DNA of 64,000 nt from the human T2T-CHM13v2.0 reference genome, Homo sapiens. Position 1 is the stretch's first letter. Each line of letters opens with the position of its first letter. The notes below the pieces were generated by a model. The model searched no databases and was not told where the DNA came from. It saw only the letters and a list, made by a program, of their open reading frames with translations. Positions 53,558 through 64,000 of this stretch are shown one piece after another. The stretch lies in the NCBI RefSeq assembly GCF_009914755.1, contig NC_060942.1; one strand, 5' to 3'. The translations under genes and the position numbers were made by a program.

Positions 53558-53946
53558 TTATTAGTCCATTTTGCACTGCTATAAAGAAATGCCTAAGTCT
53601 GGGTAATTTATAAAGAAAAGAGGTTTATTTGGCTAATGGTTTTGCATGGTGCTGGCTTCTGGAAAGCTTCTGGTGAGGTCTCAGAAAGCTTTCATTCATC
53701 GAGGAAGAAGAGGAAGCAGGTGTGTCACATGGTGAGAGAGACAGGAGGAGGTACAAGGCTCTTAAACAACCAGCTCTTGGGTGAACTAATAGACTGAGAA
53801 TCACTCATTACTGTGAGGACAGCACTAAGCAATTCATGAGGGGTCCGCCCCCATGACCCAAACACCTCCCACTAGGCCCCAGCTCCAACACTGGGGATGA
53901 CAATTCAACATGAGATATGGAGTGGACAAATATCCAAACCATATCA
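53558..53946 (-). mobile_element. MSTB-like solo LTR nested in the ERV1
   Basis: tattagtccattttgcactgctataaag...atccaaaccatatca. Confidence 0.85.
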
Positions 53947-56631
53947 CTTTCTATTGCTCTCTTTCCTTTCTGCCTGCTTTGAATTTCCCATTATTAAGCT
54001 ACTGGCGTTGAGATAAAACTCACTTTTTATATAGCACCAACTAATCTGAAGTTACTTGGAAATTCTGTTTCCTTATAGAGTTCAGCAAGTTCTAGCTAAA
54101 ATGTAAACATTGAAAATTCATTTGAAACGGAAGGAAAAAAAGATAAAACAGGTTTTTAAAAAAATTAAACTGCCATGAAAACTGTTTTACCCATAATTTT
54201 GGTCTACATCCTTCACCAGATTATCTACTGGGGAAAATAAAGTTTTGGCATATGTTTTCAGACATAATTTGGATCCAGCTATCTTTTAGAGGCCAGCGAA
54301 AGTACCAAATGTTAGCCAGTAGACCACAGGGGTGGCATTTACAGGCCAGTGAGTTTGTGATGCCATCTTATGGCTAGAATTTTAAGGTAAAAACAATTGG
54401 ATCTTGGCTTGTGTGTGTATATATCTGTTTAGATGTGTTTATGTGTATGTAGATGCATTATTTGTTATGTCTAGCATGCTACAAATTGGTTTATAAGTAA
54501 ATGAGTACTTGTACATTAAATAAGCTCAAATGCTTTGCAAGTTCATGTGAATTTAGGTATCTTTGGTAAATAAAAATGGTTTCAAAATTATTACTAAAAT
54601 ACAATAGAAATGTCTTTGGAATTTTCACCACACATTTTTGGGTTTACTGATTATTTTATATTTGCCTTTGATAGATATTTTAAGATATCAGGGTTTGGCA
54701 TCAGATCATAAGACTATAAACCCAACCAAAAACACAATAGTCTTTGTTTATGTGATTTTTTTGACAAATAAGACGAATACAAGATCGTTTGTTCAATGAA
54801 AACAGCTGAATCATCTGAGTTATTGGCAAAATGCTCATGAGTTAACTTTAAGGTTCTTACTTAGATGAACCCTGATGTTCACAGGCTTTAAAAATGGTTA
54901 ACAGGGAAATAAATTTAAATGATGACTGGCTTTGTTTAATACCTGAGTTAAGATGTAATTTAGGTAAAGTGTCATAAGTGAAAGAATTGAGTACATGTAA
55001 ATAGAATAAATGATTCTATTTACTTTGTGTAATTTAAAATCTTAAAATTAGTTTCAATTGATAAATAGGTGCTGATTGGATATCTGAGTCATTTTCAATT
55101 AAGAAAGGATTTTGATATGGGGAAACACGTTTATAAAAATTTTGGAGTGTTTTCATCCATAACATATTAATATCTGATAGATTATTCAGGATTTCTTGCC
55201 TCCTAGGTTTTCACTAAAATTTAAGGTTACTAAAAGTAAGAATTCTAGTTGACATAATAATTCTCTATATAAAGTGTCAAGGTAAGATGTGGGCTTTGAT
55301 GAGAGAATAAATTATAAGACATGTAAAGCTGTGTTACTATTGAGAAAAAATAAATTTAGGTGATATGGAGATTATTTAAAAGTTGTTTCTGAAATAAGGT
55401 AGAAAGGAACCAGTAAGTAGAAGACAGAAGTATGAAGAAGGCTATGAATATGAAGATGTATTTTTAGTAGGAAAGCTTAAAAAGAGAATAATTGTGTGTA
55501 AGAAAGGATCTTATATGGTAAATTTTGGTCCTAAAGTAAAATGGCTAGTTATTGAGAAAAGAGGGAAGTACAGAACAAATCAGAAAGTCCAAGTATGCTG
55601 TAGATGGTTTTGAAAGTTGTAATAAGGTTTGTGAAAGAGAATTTATAAAAACAATTTTGATGTGATTCAGTTAGTTTTTTTTTTAAAAGGGAATTATTTA
55701 TAATAGTTCTTCTATGATTGGTCCTCTATGTTAAATGAGGTTTTCTTAAGGCATTGGTTTGCTCCTAATAAAATTACTAGAATTTTGATTTTTAATTCTA
55801 TAACCTGTTTCTTTTTGAAAACTTTTCAGATTCATATCTCAGAAGTTCAACTTTTGTTGTATCTCACTGCTTTCAGCTTTTTCTTCTGTTGAGAAGGCCT
55901 AAGATGATAATGCTCTCCTTCAACTTCTTCATCCAATTCTATAACTTTTTTCCTCCAGTTTTAACTGTTGTTGTAGACTGATGCGGAAATGTTTTATATA
56001 GAAAAGCAATGTTTTCCTTGAATACAACTTGATATTGTACTCAGCTTTTCTTGATATGTCTGAATTTTTCCATGTAACCCAAGAACTTCCCATGCAGTCA
56101 CTAAGAGTCATGCATTTCCATGACATACTAATAACCTGGGACACACTTTTCCTGTGTTTGATGGAATGTGAGTTCTTTTTTCATCAAGTTTGACTTTGAG
56201 TCCTTTTTTCATCAAGTTTGACTTCCAGGTTATCTAAATGAGTTTCCCATAAGGAGAAGCAATCACATTGCAGGTTTTTCTTTGCCTTTTTCGTAACTGG
56301 CCTAAAAAACAAAGTTTTTACATTTTATCAAAATAATCCCTATGTTATATTTATAGGTTTTTAATTACTTGGGCAAACTGAAATTTAAAAGGCTTAAAAT
56401 TTCTACATGTATGTAATTTTCTGTATTGCTTTTAAAGTTTTTGATTATCACATTTGGTTAAATGAATAACTATTATTCTGTTTTGTTCAAATATTTTGAG
56501 CCCTTTAACATCTTTGATAAACATCCTCAAAATAAAATTTTAAAACTAAGTCTCAGATTACTGGAGACTTGTCAAAGCTATAAAGTTAATCACTTAAAGG
56601 TTTCAGAATCTTTTTATAACTTCCAGCCAGG

Positions 56632-56941
56632 TGATAAACAAAAGAGAGTTAATTGACTCACAATTCTGTATGGCTGGGGAGGCCTCAGGAAACTTACAAT
56701 CATGGTGAAAGGCAAATGGAAAGCAAGGCACGTCTTACATGGTAGCAGAAGAGAGTGCACAGGGGGAAACTTCCACTTTTTAAACCATCCGATCTTGTAA
56801 GAACTCCTTCACTATGATGAGAACAGCATGGGGGAAACTGCATCCATAATCCAATCACCTCCCACCAGGTCCTTCCCTTGACATATGGGGATTACAATTC
56901 AAGATGAAATTTGAGTGGGGACAGAGAACCAAACCATATCA
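56632..56941 (-). mobile_element. THE1D/MSTA-like LTR (truncated) nested in the ERV1
   Basis: ggctggggaggcctcaggaaacttacaatcatgg...ccaaaccatatca. Confidence 0.85.
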
Positions 56942-57849
56942 ATACTTATCAGGTACTATTAAGCAATCCTTGTGCTGTTAAGTTACAGGGTTTTGACTCC
57001 TGGGTACACATATCTCATCTAAAGAAGGCACTCACTCCTGCCATTATCTGACACCAAACTCAAGTTAACCAAAGCCTCATCTTTAGATCTGGGAAAAGAT
57101 GACAATCAAAGTAAACTGCTTTCATGAGACACAGGGATAGGCCACTATTCAAAGAGATTTGGATTCATTTTATAATTGTGCCTCTATCTATATCCTTGAT
57201 GCTAGATAGTTTGAATGTTTAGCTACCTGTGAGCTTCCTTTTTCAGTCATTCCCATAACTAGACAAGGCTTATGACCTTTTTGCTTGAAACCTTGCTAAT
57301 ACTTTATGTCTTGTTTCTCTTCAGAATTTAAAAACAATTCAATCCCACTAGGCCAATCCATTTTGCACTGCAAACATACTGCTGTTAAAGTTATACAAAA
57401 TCAACCACCCTCCCTCTATGCCCAGGGACTATTGCAGAAGAGATGGGCACATGAAATTTTAAAGGGTCTGTTTCGAGAGCTAAAACTAGTTCAAACTCTC
57501 CAAATCAAAGATGGATTCACAGATGCCTAAATGGCTGATGGTTCAACACATAAAACTTATAGATAAATTGATTTTATAATCTTGCTTTTTGGCTTTTGGT
57601 TTTTGGCTCTTATGTTACTTGAAAAAGTTATAATGGTTAATGAGTATCTGCCCAACTCCATTCCCACAGATGCCTAGAATTATTAACTAGCTTTAAGTCA
57701 TTTGGGTCTAACTCTCTTTGCCATAGGGGTCCCATCGAGGGATAGTATGGACCTAGGGCAGGTAGCCACACTACCCCAGCAATGATATGGAAAAAAATAA
57801 AAGCTTGGTCATTGATGCTGTCTCTGGCATATTTTGACCAAAAAGAGGG

Positions 57850-58250
57850 TATATAAACGAAAAAAGTAGAATCCTATGTCCCTCACTAATTAAATGGACC
57901 TCCCTTGGCCAAGGGAGCCCCAGAAAAAAACCTTAAAAACTTAGTTCCCAGCCATGAACTAAGGGATGGGAGGTCAGATATGTCATGTTATCCCTCCTCC
58001 CTTTTATGGTTTAGAGAAAATAACTCAGCAGACTTAATGACCATTAGACTAACAGAACAAACTCTTTGTGGCAATAAGATACCAAATCATAAACAGGACA
58101 TAAGGCCATGACAGGCAAGTGTTAAGTCTTCACCTGAAGGTAACCATATGTTACCTGTATGTTTTGTAAATATGCCTGTGTTAGGACTGCCTTTATAAAT
58201 ACTCATAGATTCTCCTATAACCTGTTAAATATGTATGTTTAGCCAACCTG
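57850..58250 (+). mobile_element. Internal truncated MER4E-like LTR preceded by a PPT
   Basis: aaaagaggg, then ...ttggccaagggagccccagaaaaaaaccttaaaaacttagttcccagccatg...gggatgggaggtcag. Confidence 0.6.
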
Positions 58251-58275
58251 ATATCATATCCCCATAGGAGTCCCA

Positions 58276-59160
58276 GTACAATTGATAGTGGGGAAGAAAC
58301 TTACTGACTTTCTTATTGATGCAGGGGCCACAGATTCTGTAGTTAACACCCATCTATCCCTGATTTGAAGAAGACTATGATGGTTACATGAATGTCAAGG
58401 GAAGCTGTAACTCATTCCTTCCTGAAACCTTTGAATTGTCAGCTTGGAGACGATAACTGACAGAAAAATTGAAAAGATAAACCACAGTCTAAAAAGAAGC
58501 ATCAAAATTTTCAAAGAACTAATTTAACTTGGAATAAGGCATTGCCAGTTGCCCTGCCATAGATTAGAGTAGCTCCCTCAAGTATGCTCAAATTGAATCT
58601 CTTTGAAACATTATATGATAGGTCATTGCAAGTTTCAGCTGGAGAACGAACTGATATTTTAAGAGATTTAGCAATTGCCAAATATGTTAACTGTAGGCAC
58701 TGTACTAACTTCTGTTCATGACTTTTCTTCTAGCAGGATCACTCATCCCACAGATGTGGTCTCACATCCTTTTTGACCAGGAGGGGTCTTCTTAAAGACT
58801 TGGAAAGAAAAAGGACCTGAACACCAATTTGTTGCCAAGTGAATGGGACTGTTAGAGGTGCTGCTGAATACCCATTCATCAGTTAAACTTGATGGATTAA
58901 AGCCATGGGTATATCATACTTGGGTCAGGTCACCCCACCATTCCAGAAACCAGGAAAACAGTGGGCATATGAGCTCTTGAAGGACCTAAAGTTACTCATT
59001 CACAAAAGGATAAATGAAATAAAAATGAAAACCCTATGTGTCTTGCTTGTCTTTTGGAGATTTTCATATGTTTGGCAACCCAAGTAGTTAGGATTTCTCA
59101 GTCTATTGCCACTTCCACTAACCTATCCCCCACTGCTGAATTTGCCATCCTACACCTTGT
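58276..59160 (+). pseudogene. Degenerate retroviral pro / integrase / env fragments
   Basis: Hand translation: VQLIVGKKLTDFLIDAGATDSVVNT (protease DTG-like, 58276-58350); WNKALPVALP*IRVAP..LFETLY and HPF*PG..KTWK..VKLDGLKPWVYHT (integrase C-terminus); MKTLCVLLVFW signal-like start and C*ICHP (env CWIC-like, ~59134). Confidence 0.8.
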
Positions 59161-60560
59161 TCAGTACATGACAACTCTGATCATATAGTTGTTGCTGTAT
59201 ATAGGGTATATAGAGTACAACTATATGCTGTATATCAGGAAGCATGCACCCAGAAGTTCCATGCTTCTTTCTTACTCAACTTCTTCTCATTAGACACTAC
59301 ATGCAAAGTGATAGTGGGAACCCACAAGCCTACAAGGGGAATATTTCCTTAGCCAGGTCAAATGGTTTTATTCCACAGTCATCCCTCATCAACCCCATCC
59401 AACCAGTAGTACCCAGATGGGAGACAACATCCCATTGTCCTCAATTCCACAAGATTTTGGAATGAACCTTTGAGAGTGGGGAAATTGTAGCAGTGAAAAG
59501 GAGGCCTAGCATGACTAACTCCATTTTGCTCCTAAACTCATCACTCCTTTTGTGGTGATATCTTTTAGGGTAACTGCTTTTGCTTATTTCTGCATGTAGG
59601 CCAAGCTAACTACGAGAGGAATTTGGTGTATAGTTGAAAGCAAATAACAGTTCCTTATGAAAACTAACCCAGAAGATAAAAATAGTGTACCCACACGTAA
59701 CAATGTAGTGTTGAGTATTTGTCGGAGAGTCATGACCCGACCAAGGATGGAGGCATTTCATGGCCTCCTCAGACCAGACCCATGCTGGCACCCAGATATC
59801 TGTGGTCATGAGTCACCTCTGGACTCCAACCCTTTCTTTTTTCCCCTTCCCTTAACATAAAACCAACCTGAAATGTTTACTGACTTAAGATGGTTAAGAC
59901 ATTAGTCCACCATGTTCTTAGTTTGCTAGCTCTCTAAATAAGGTCACTGACCTTGTTCCAAATCCTTGTCTCTCAACTTACTGGCTGTTGTGCGGTGAGC
60001 TGAAAGAGTTTGGAATCAGATACAAGACTTTAAAACCAAACAATTCCTACTAGTGTCATAACTAGGCCATGTAAAATGACCAATATATAGGAAGTTTCTC
60101 ATAATTAATGGGTGTTGTATCTTCGGATAATTTGTCATTTAATTTTTAATGTAATTTGCAAATCTTTAATATATGTATCTGTTGAATAACAAATTAATTT
60201 TTTTCTTTGTAGTATTTTAGAACTTTTAAAACATTGTTGTGTGAAATTGAAAAGTGTTATGTAGATAAAGCAGGCTTAGATATGGCTTTCATCAAAAGTA
60301 AAGGAGAAAAAAGATGATATTTTCCTTTTCCACACCCTTAGTGTTCCAAATGAACAGAATATACTGTTCTTTTTAATTCTCTAATCTATCCCCCAGACAC
60401 TTTCACACACAAAAAGCAGGGTCTGTTCTGTTATATAATTATCTTTATGAAAAATGCAATAACAGCAAATAGTAAAATATATTTTAAGAGAAAATAAAGA
60501 CTTTCATTGTATATAAATTAGTTACTTAGTTTTCAGATTGCTACAAAAGACCTTGAAAGA

Positions 60561-60857
60561 GGCAAGGCACGGTGGCTCACGCCTGTAATCCCAGCACTTT
60601 GGGAGGCCGAGGCAGGTGGATCATGAGGTCAGGAGATCGAGACCATCCTGGCTAACACGGTGAAACCCCGTCTCTACTAAAAATACAAAAAATTAGCTAG
60701 ACGTGGTGGTTGGCACCTGTAGTCCCAGCTGCTCAGGAGGGTGAGGCAGGAGAATGGCATGAACCTGGGAGGTGGAGCTTGCAGTGAGCTGAGATCGCCT
60801 CCACTGCACTCCAGCCTGGGCGACAGAGCGAGACTCCATTTCAAAAAAAAAAAAAAA
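60561..60857 (+). mobile_element. AluY
   Basis: Y diagnostics (ggagatcgagaccatcctggctaacacgg, gaatggcatgaac, gagcttgcag). Perfect 16-bp TSD aaaagaccttgaaaga at 60545-60560 and 60858-60873. Confidence 0.95.
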
Positions 60858-62779
60858 AAAAGACCTTGAAAGAAATAATAATAAACATTAAAGAAGATAA
60901 TCTTTACCAATGTTTATCTTCCCTTGAAGATAAACAAAATCTAAAAAGATCATCAACACAGTTGTGTTTTAACAATAAGCAATTTCTCCCAAAGCAATAA
61001 TCTAAGGATAATATTTATGTTACAGTCTATTATCTATAAAAATATTACAGCTGTAATAAAAATTCAGAACAAATACCTTTGTTGTTAAACTTTTAGAAGC
61101 ACAATGGAGGTACATTTTTTTATAGGAGTTAACCGTTAGCTACTACACAATCCTATTAATGTGGTGATGTTGGAAGATCAAGGCTAGCATCTGCATAATA
61201 GCTGTCTAGAGCATGATGTTGGGCAGGGTGAAGAGCTGCATTATTTTATCTGCAATTTAATCAAATTTGTGACACATAAAGGAGCTTTATAAAGGGATTT
61301 AATTCATGTCTGGTACTTAACAATTCTCTTTTGGTAATAAGGCTACATATTTATTTTGTCTATATATAATAATATGTATACATTATTGGTCAAGGCTAAA
61401 ATAAACTCATAGGTGTTAATGCTGTTTTGACTGTAACATTTTATTTCAAATCAAATAAAAACAATATATGCCACTTTAAAAGACAAATTAAGGAAACAAC
61501 TTGACTTTCTTTTCATTTGTTATCAACTTTCCCAGAGTATAAGACAGGACCTACAATTTATGTTAAAATTATGGTTAGATTGATTGTCACAAATGGTTCT
61601 ACGGGCATGTCAAGAAAATTCAGGCCTGATACTTCAAAAGTGCCCTCTCAGATACTATGCATTTTTCACAGGAGTCAGTTACCCAACATTGGTGTTCTCA
61701 CTACTGACTTAAGAAAATTAGGCTCAACTAAGAAACAAAACTTTGAAAAATACAATTAATGTCTTACAGAAAACTAGCCATCACAGTAAATTTTCATCTT
61801 TTCATATTTCTTTTCGAGCAAGTAGAAAAACTTGGACTGATGATGTGATTTCAACACTGACATTAGGATATAATCATAGATGGTTTTGAAATTAGAAACA
61901 GGTGTGCCAACATGGTTGGCTGAGCAGAATGAAGAACTATCCCTTCCTAATATCACTACATAATGGATTTCTTTGTAGCAACTTTTGATGAGCATTATGT
62001 TCAATCATATAGTAAACATAATTCCATCTGGATTATATATCTTGAAGGAGTCATAAAATTGTGATCTTAATTCCTATGTGTTGAGATTAAAGTTTATAGG
62101 TTATTATAATTTAATTTAAACTTAGTGTAAAGATTGCCCATCTGTTTTGGTATTTCAAGCATATCAATTATGAAATAGTCAAACTAAGGTAATTAGATAA
62201 GCCATCAATATGGTGATGCCTGAGTGATAATGCTTTTATATTAATGTGAAGTTAAATTTTAAGAGGAACACGCATAGATAACATGAAATTATCTAAAGAC
62301 AAAAATAATCTAGTGATGGATTTAAAACAAGTTGCATAAGCCAGAATATGTGTGGGTGTTATATGGTGTATACATGAGGAAAATACTATGCTCTTTGTTA
62401 ATATTCCCTTGTTTAATAGTACTGCTTACATTACTTTCAGTTTAGCCCTATAAAGTGTTCTGATTTATCATATTGACTATGGGTGTAGCGCATACAATAG
62501 GAAGACAAATATCACTGTTGGCATATTTCTTCAGACATTAAATATAAAATTTATAATTTTATTTCCATTAAGAACAACTTGTTATTTAAGTTGTTAATTT
62601 TTAGGTGTTCTCTACTGTAACTTCTCAAAAATATGCACATATGCACCTATCAATGTTATTTAACACTACTTGGATTTGGAAAGTAGTGGTTTTATCTTCC
62701 TTAAGATATTGAAATATATTACTCCACCTCATGTTAAGTTTTGGTAGAAAAGTATATCTAAGCTTCTATTTTCCTTCCA

Positions 62780-63530
62780 TTTTTATTCTCTAGGAGTCTT
62801 TTACTTTATCTGCATAATTTCCCTGCAAGATCTCATCTGTTGTTTATGACTTTATCTACCACTTCTTTACCAATGACTTCTAAATCTAAAATTGCAATTA
62901 AAACCTTTTCCTAAGTCCACATTTCCAAGTGGCTACTGGACATAACAACCTACATATCCCACGATTACTTCCTAGGCATTATATCCGAAACTGTGCACTT
63001 TAACTTCCCATGCAATCACTTCTCCAGCCATAATTTGCTGTTTCCTGAAATCCTGATCTTAATTAATGATGCTTTCATTTATCCAGTTTCCTGAGTTAGA
63101 GACTCAGGAGAATCATAATCAACCGTCCCCTTTTTATTATCTCATGTCTATAACCCAGGACCAAGTCTTATACAGTCTAATTTTGTTTATGAATAAAAAC
63201 TTAATAATCTGTTGGATGCCTTCTATCTACTAGGCTAGACGGTCATCTGGGTGCTGGGAATATATCAACAGAAAAAATAAACATGATCCCTGCCCTCATG
63301 GGATTTCCAGGGCTGCGAAGGAAGGATAGGCAAGAGGAAGGATAAAATATATAAAAAAAAAAATTATTTCATGCAGTGATAACCATTAATAATGAAAAAA
63401 ATGGGTGATGTAAACTAATGATTGGGGATGGGTGTTCAAGAGGGAAGGTCTTTCTGAGAAAAACATGTAAACCGATAAGCCATCAAAAGAATGATTTTAA
63501 AAAGGCAGTCATGTGAAGACATAGGCTAAG
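62780..63530. mobile_element. L2 fragments (sense ~62780-63130, antisense ~63190-63530)
   Basis: L2-like motifs (atgacttctaaatc..., gatccctgccctcatggg..., ggaaggtctttctgag). Confidence 0.5.
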
Positions 63531-64000
63531 TGCATGTGTGCGTGTACATATGTGTGTGTCCACACTACACAGAAATACATCCTACATTTGCTATAAAACT
63601 TTCTTTGTATCCAAAGATTTCTGACTATGCTCTTGAGGATTTTGTTTAATTGTGCCACGTAGTATTCACATAGTTTAGAACTTCTTTTAACAACATGAAA
63701 TTACAACACTATTTTTTTCTGGCACAATGAACATTCTTAATTTATGGCCCCAAATGCACTCTCTAACACTGTTTCCTGGGGGTATACCCACTGTGAACTT
63801 AAGTAAGCTGGGCTTACTTGCTCTCTGGACTCTAGGGTTTCAAATCAGTGAAACACACCGACAAGAGTCTAGTGTTTGAAAGATAACAGTGCGTGGCCTA
63901 TTTATTTCCCGGTATCCTTTCCTGCCATGTCATGGTTGGGCAGATGCTGTGTTTCCCCATGGCAGAACCTGGATCCTGACAGACATTCCCTCTCCCAGGG

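Larger units (their letters stand above)
52431..60024 (+). mobile_element. ERV1 (MER4-group) provirus with two homologous LTRs
   Basis: LTRs 52431-52984 and 59486-60024 (both cagtgaaaag(c/g)aggccta...agtttgga). 4-bp TSD AGAC at 52427-52430 and 60025-60028. Degenerate PBS (tgg...cagccaggag, Arg-like) after the 5' LTR; PPT gagagtggggaaa before the 3' LTR. Confidence 0.88.

Noticed and set aside
58770-59150. APOBEC3-type hypermutation (Trp-to-stop in integrase and env)
   Set aside because: Only two or three sites, which cannot be distinguished from neutral decay without a consensus alignment.
63780-64000. Possible LTR or regulatory fragment at the window end
   Set aside because: Truncated by the window edge and not assignable.

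Overview
Primate (human-like) genomic DNA: AT-rich, repeat-dense and eukaryotic. It holds the 3' end of NOL4 (nucleolar protein 4) on the minus strand: a 181-nt penultimate coding exon (36760-36940), a ~30 kb last intron, and the terminal exon (coding 6375-6568, 3' UTR to ~4635). Everything right of 36940 is upstream intron. Most long ORFs are LINE-1 or LTR relics. Notable structures: (1) four separate 5'-inverted (twin-primed) L1 insertions with TSDs, one ancient; (2) a young L1PA2-like copy whose TSD starts 16 nt past the penultimate-exon donor, antisense to the gene, with an antisense AATAAA ~480 nt past the exon; (3) a ~1.45 kb inverted L1 pair bracketing that exon, with shared non-consensus bases suggesting gene conversion; (4) a CtBP-type PTDLS motif at the start of the last exon, which each of these routes would remove; (5) a complete THE1/MST provirus with nested Alu and L1; (6) a chimeric two-PPT ERV1 provirus; (7) a 179-bp local duplication. 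No new gene system can be shown from sequence alone. The best hypothesis is TE-driven control of the NOL4 C-terminus. Subfamily names come from remembered consensus diagnostics and need RepeatMasker/Dfam confirmation.
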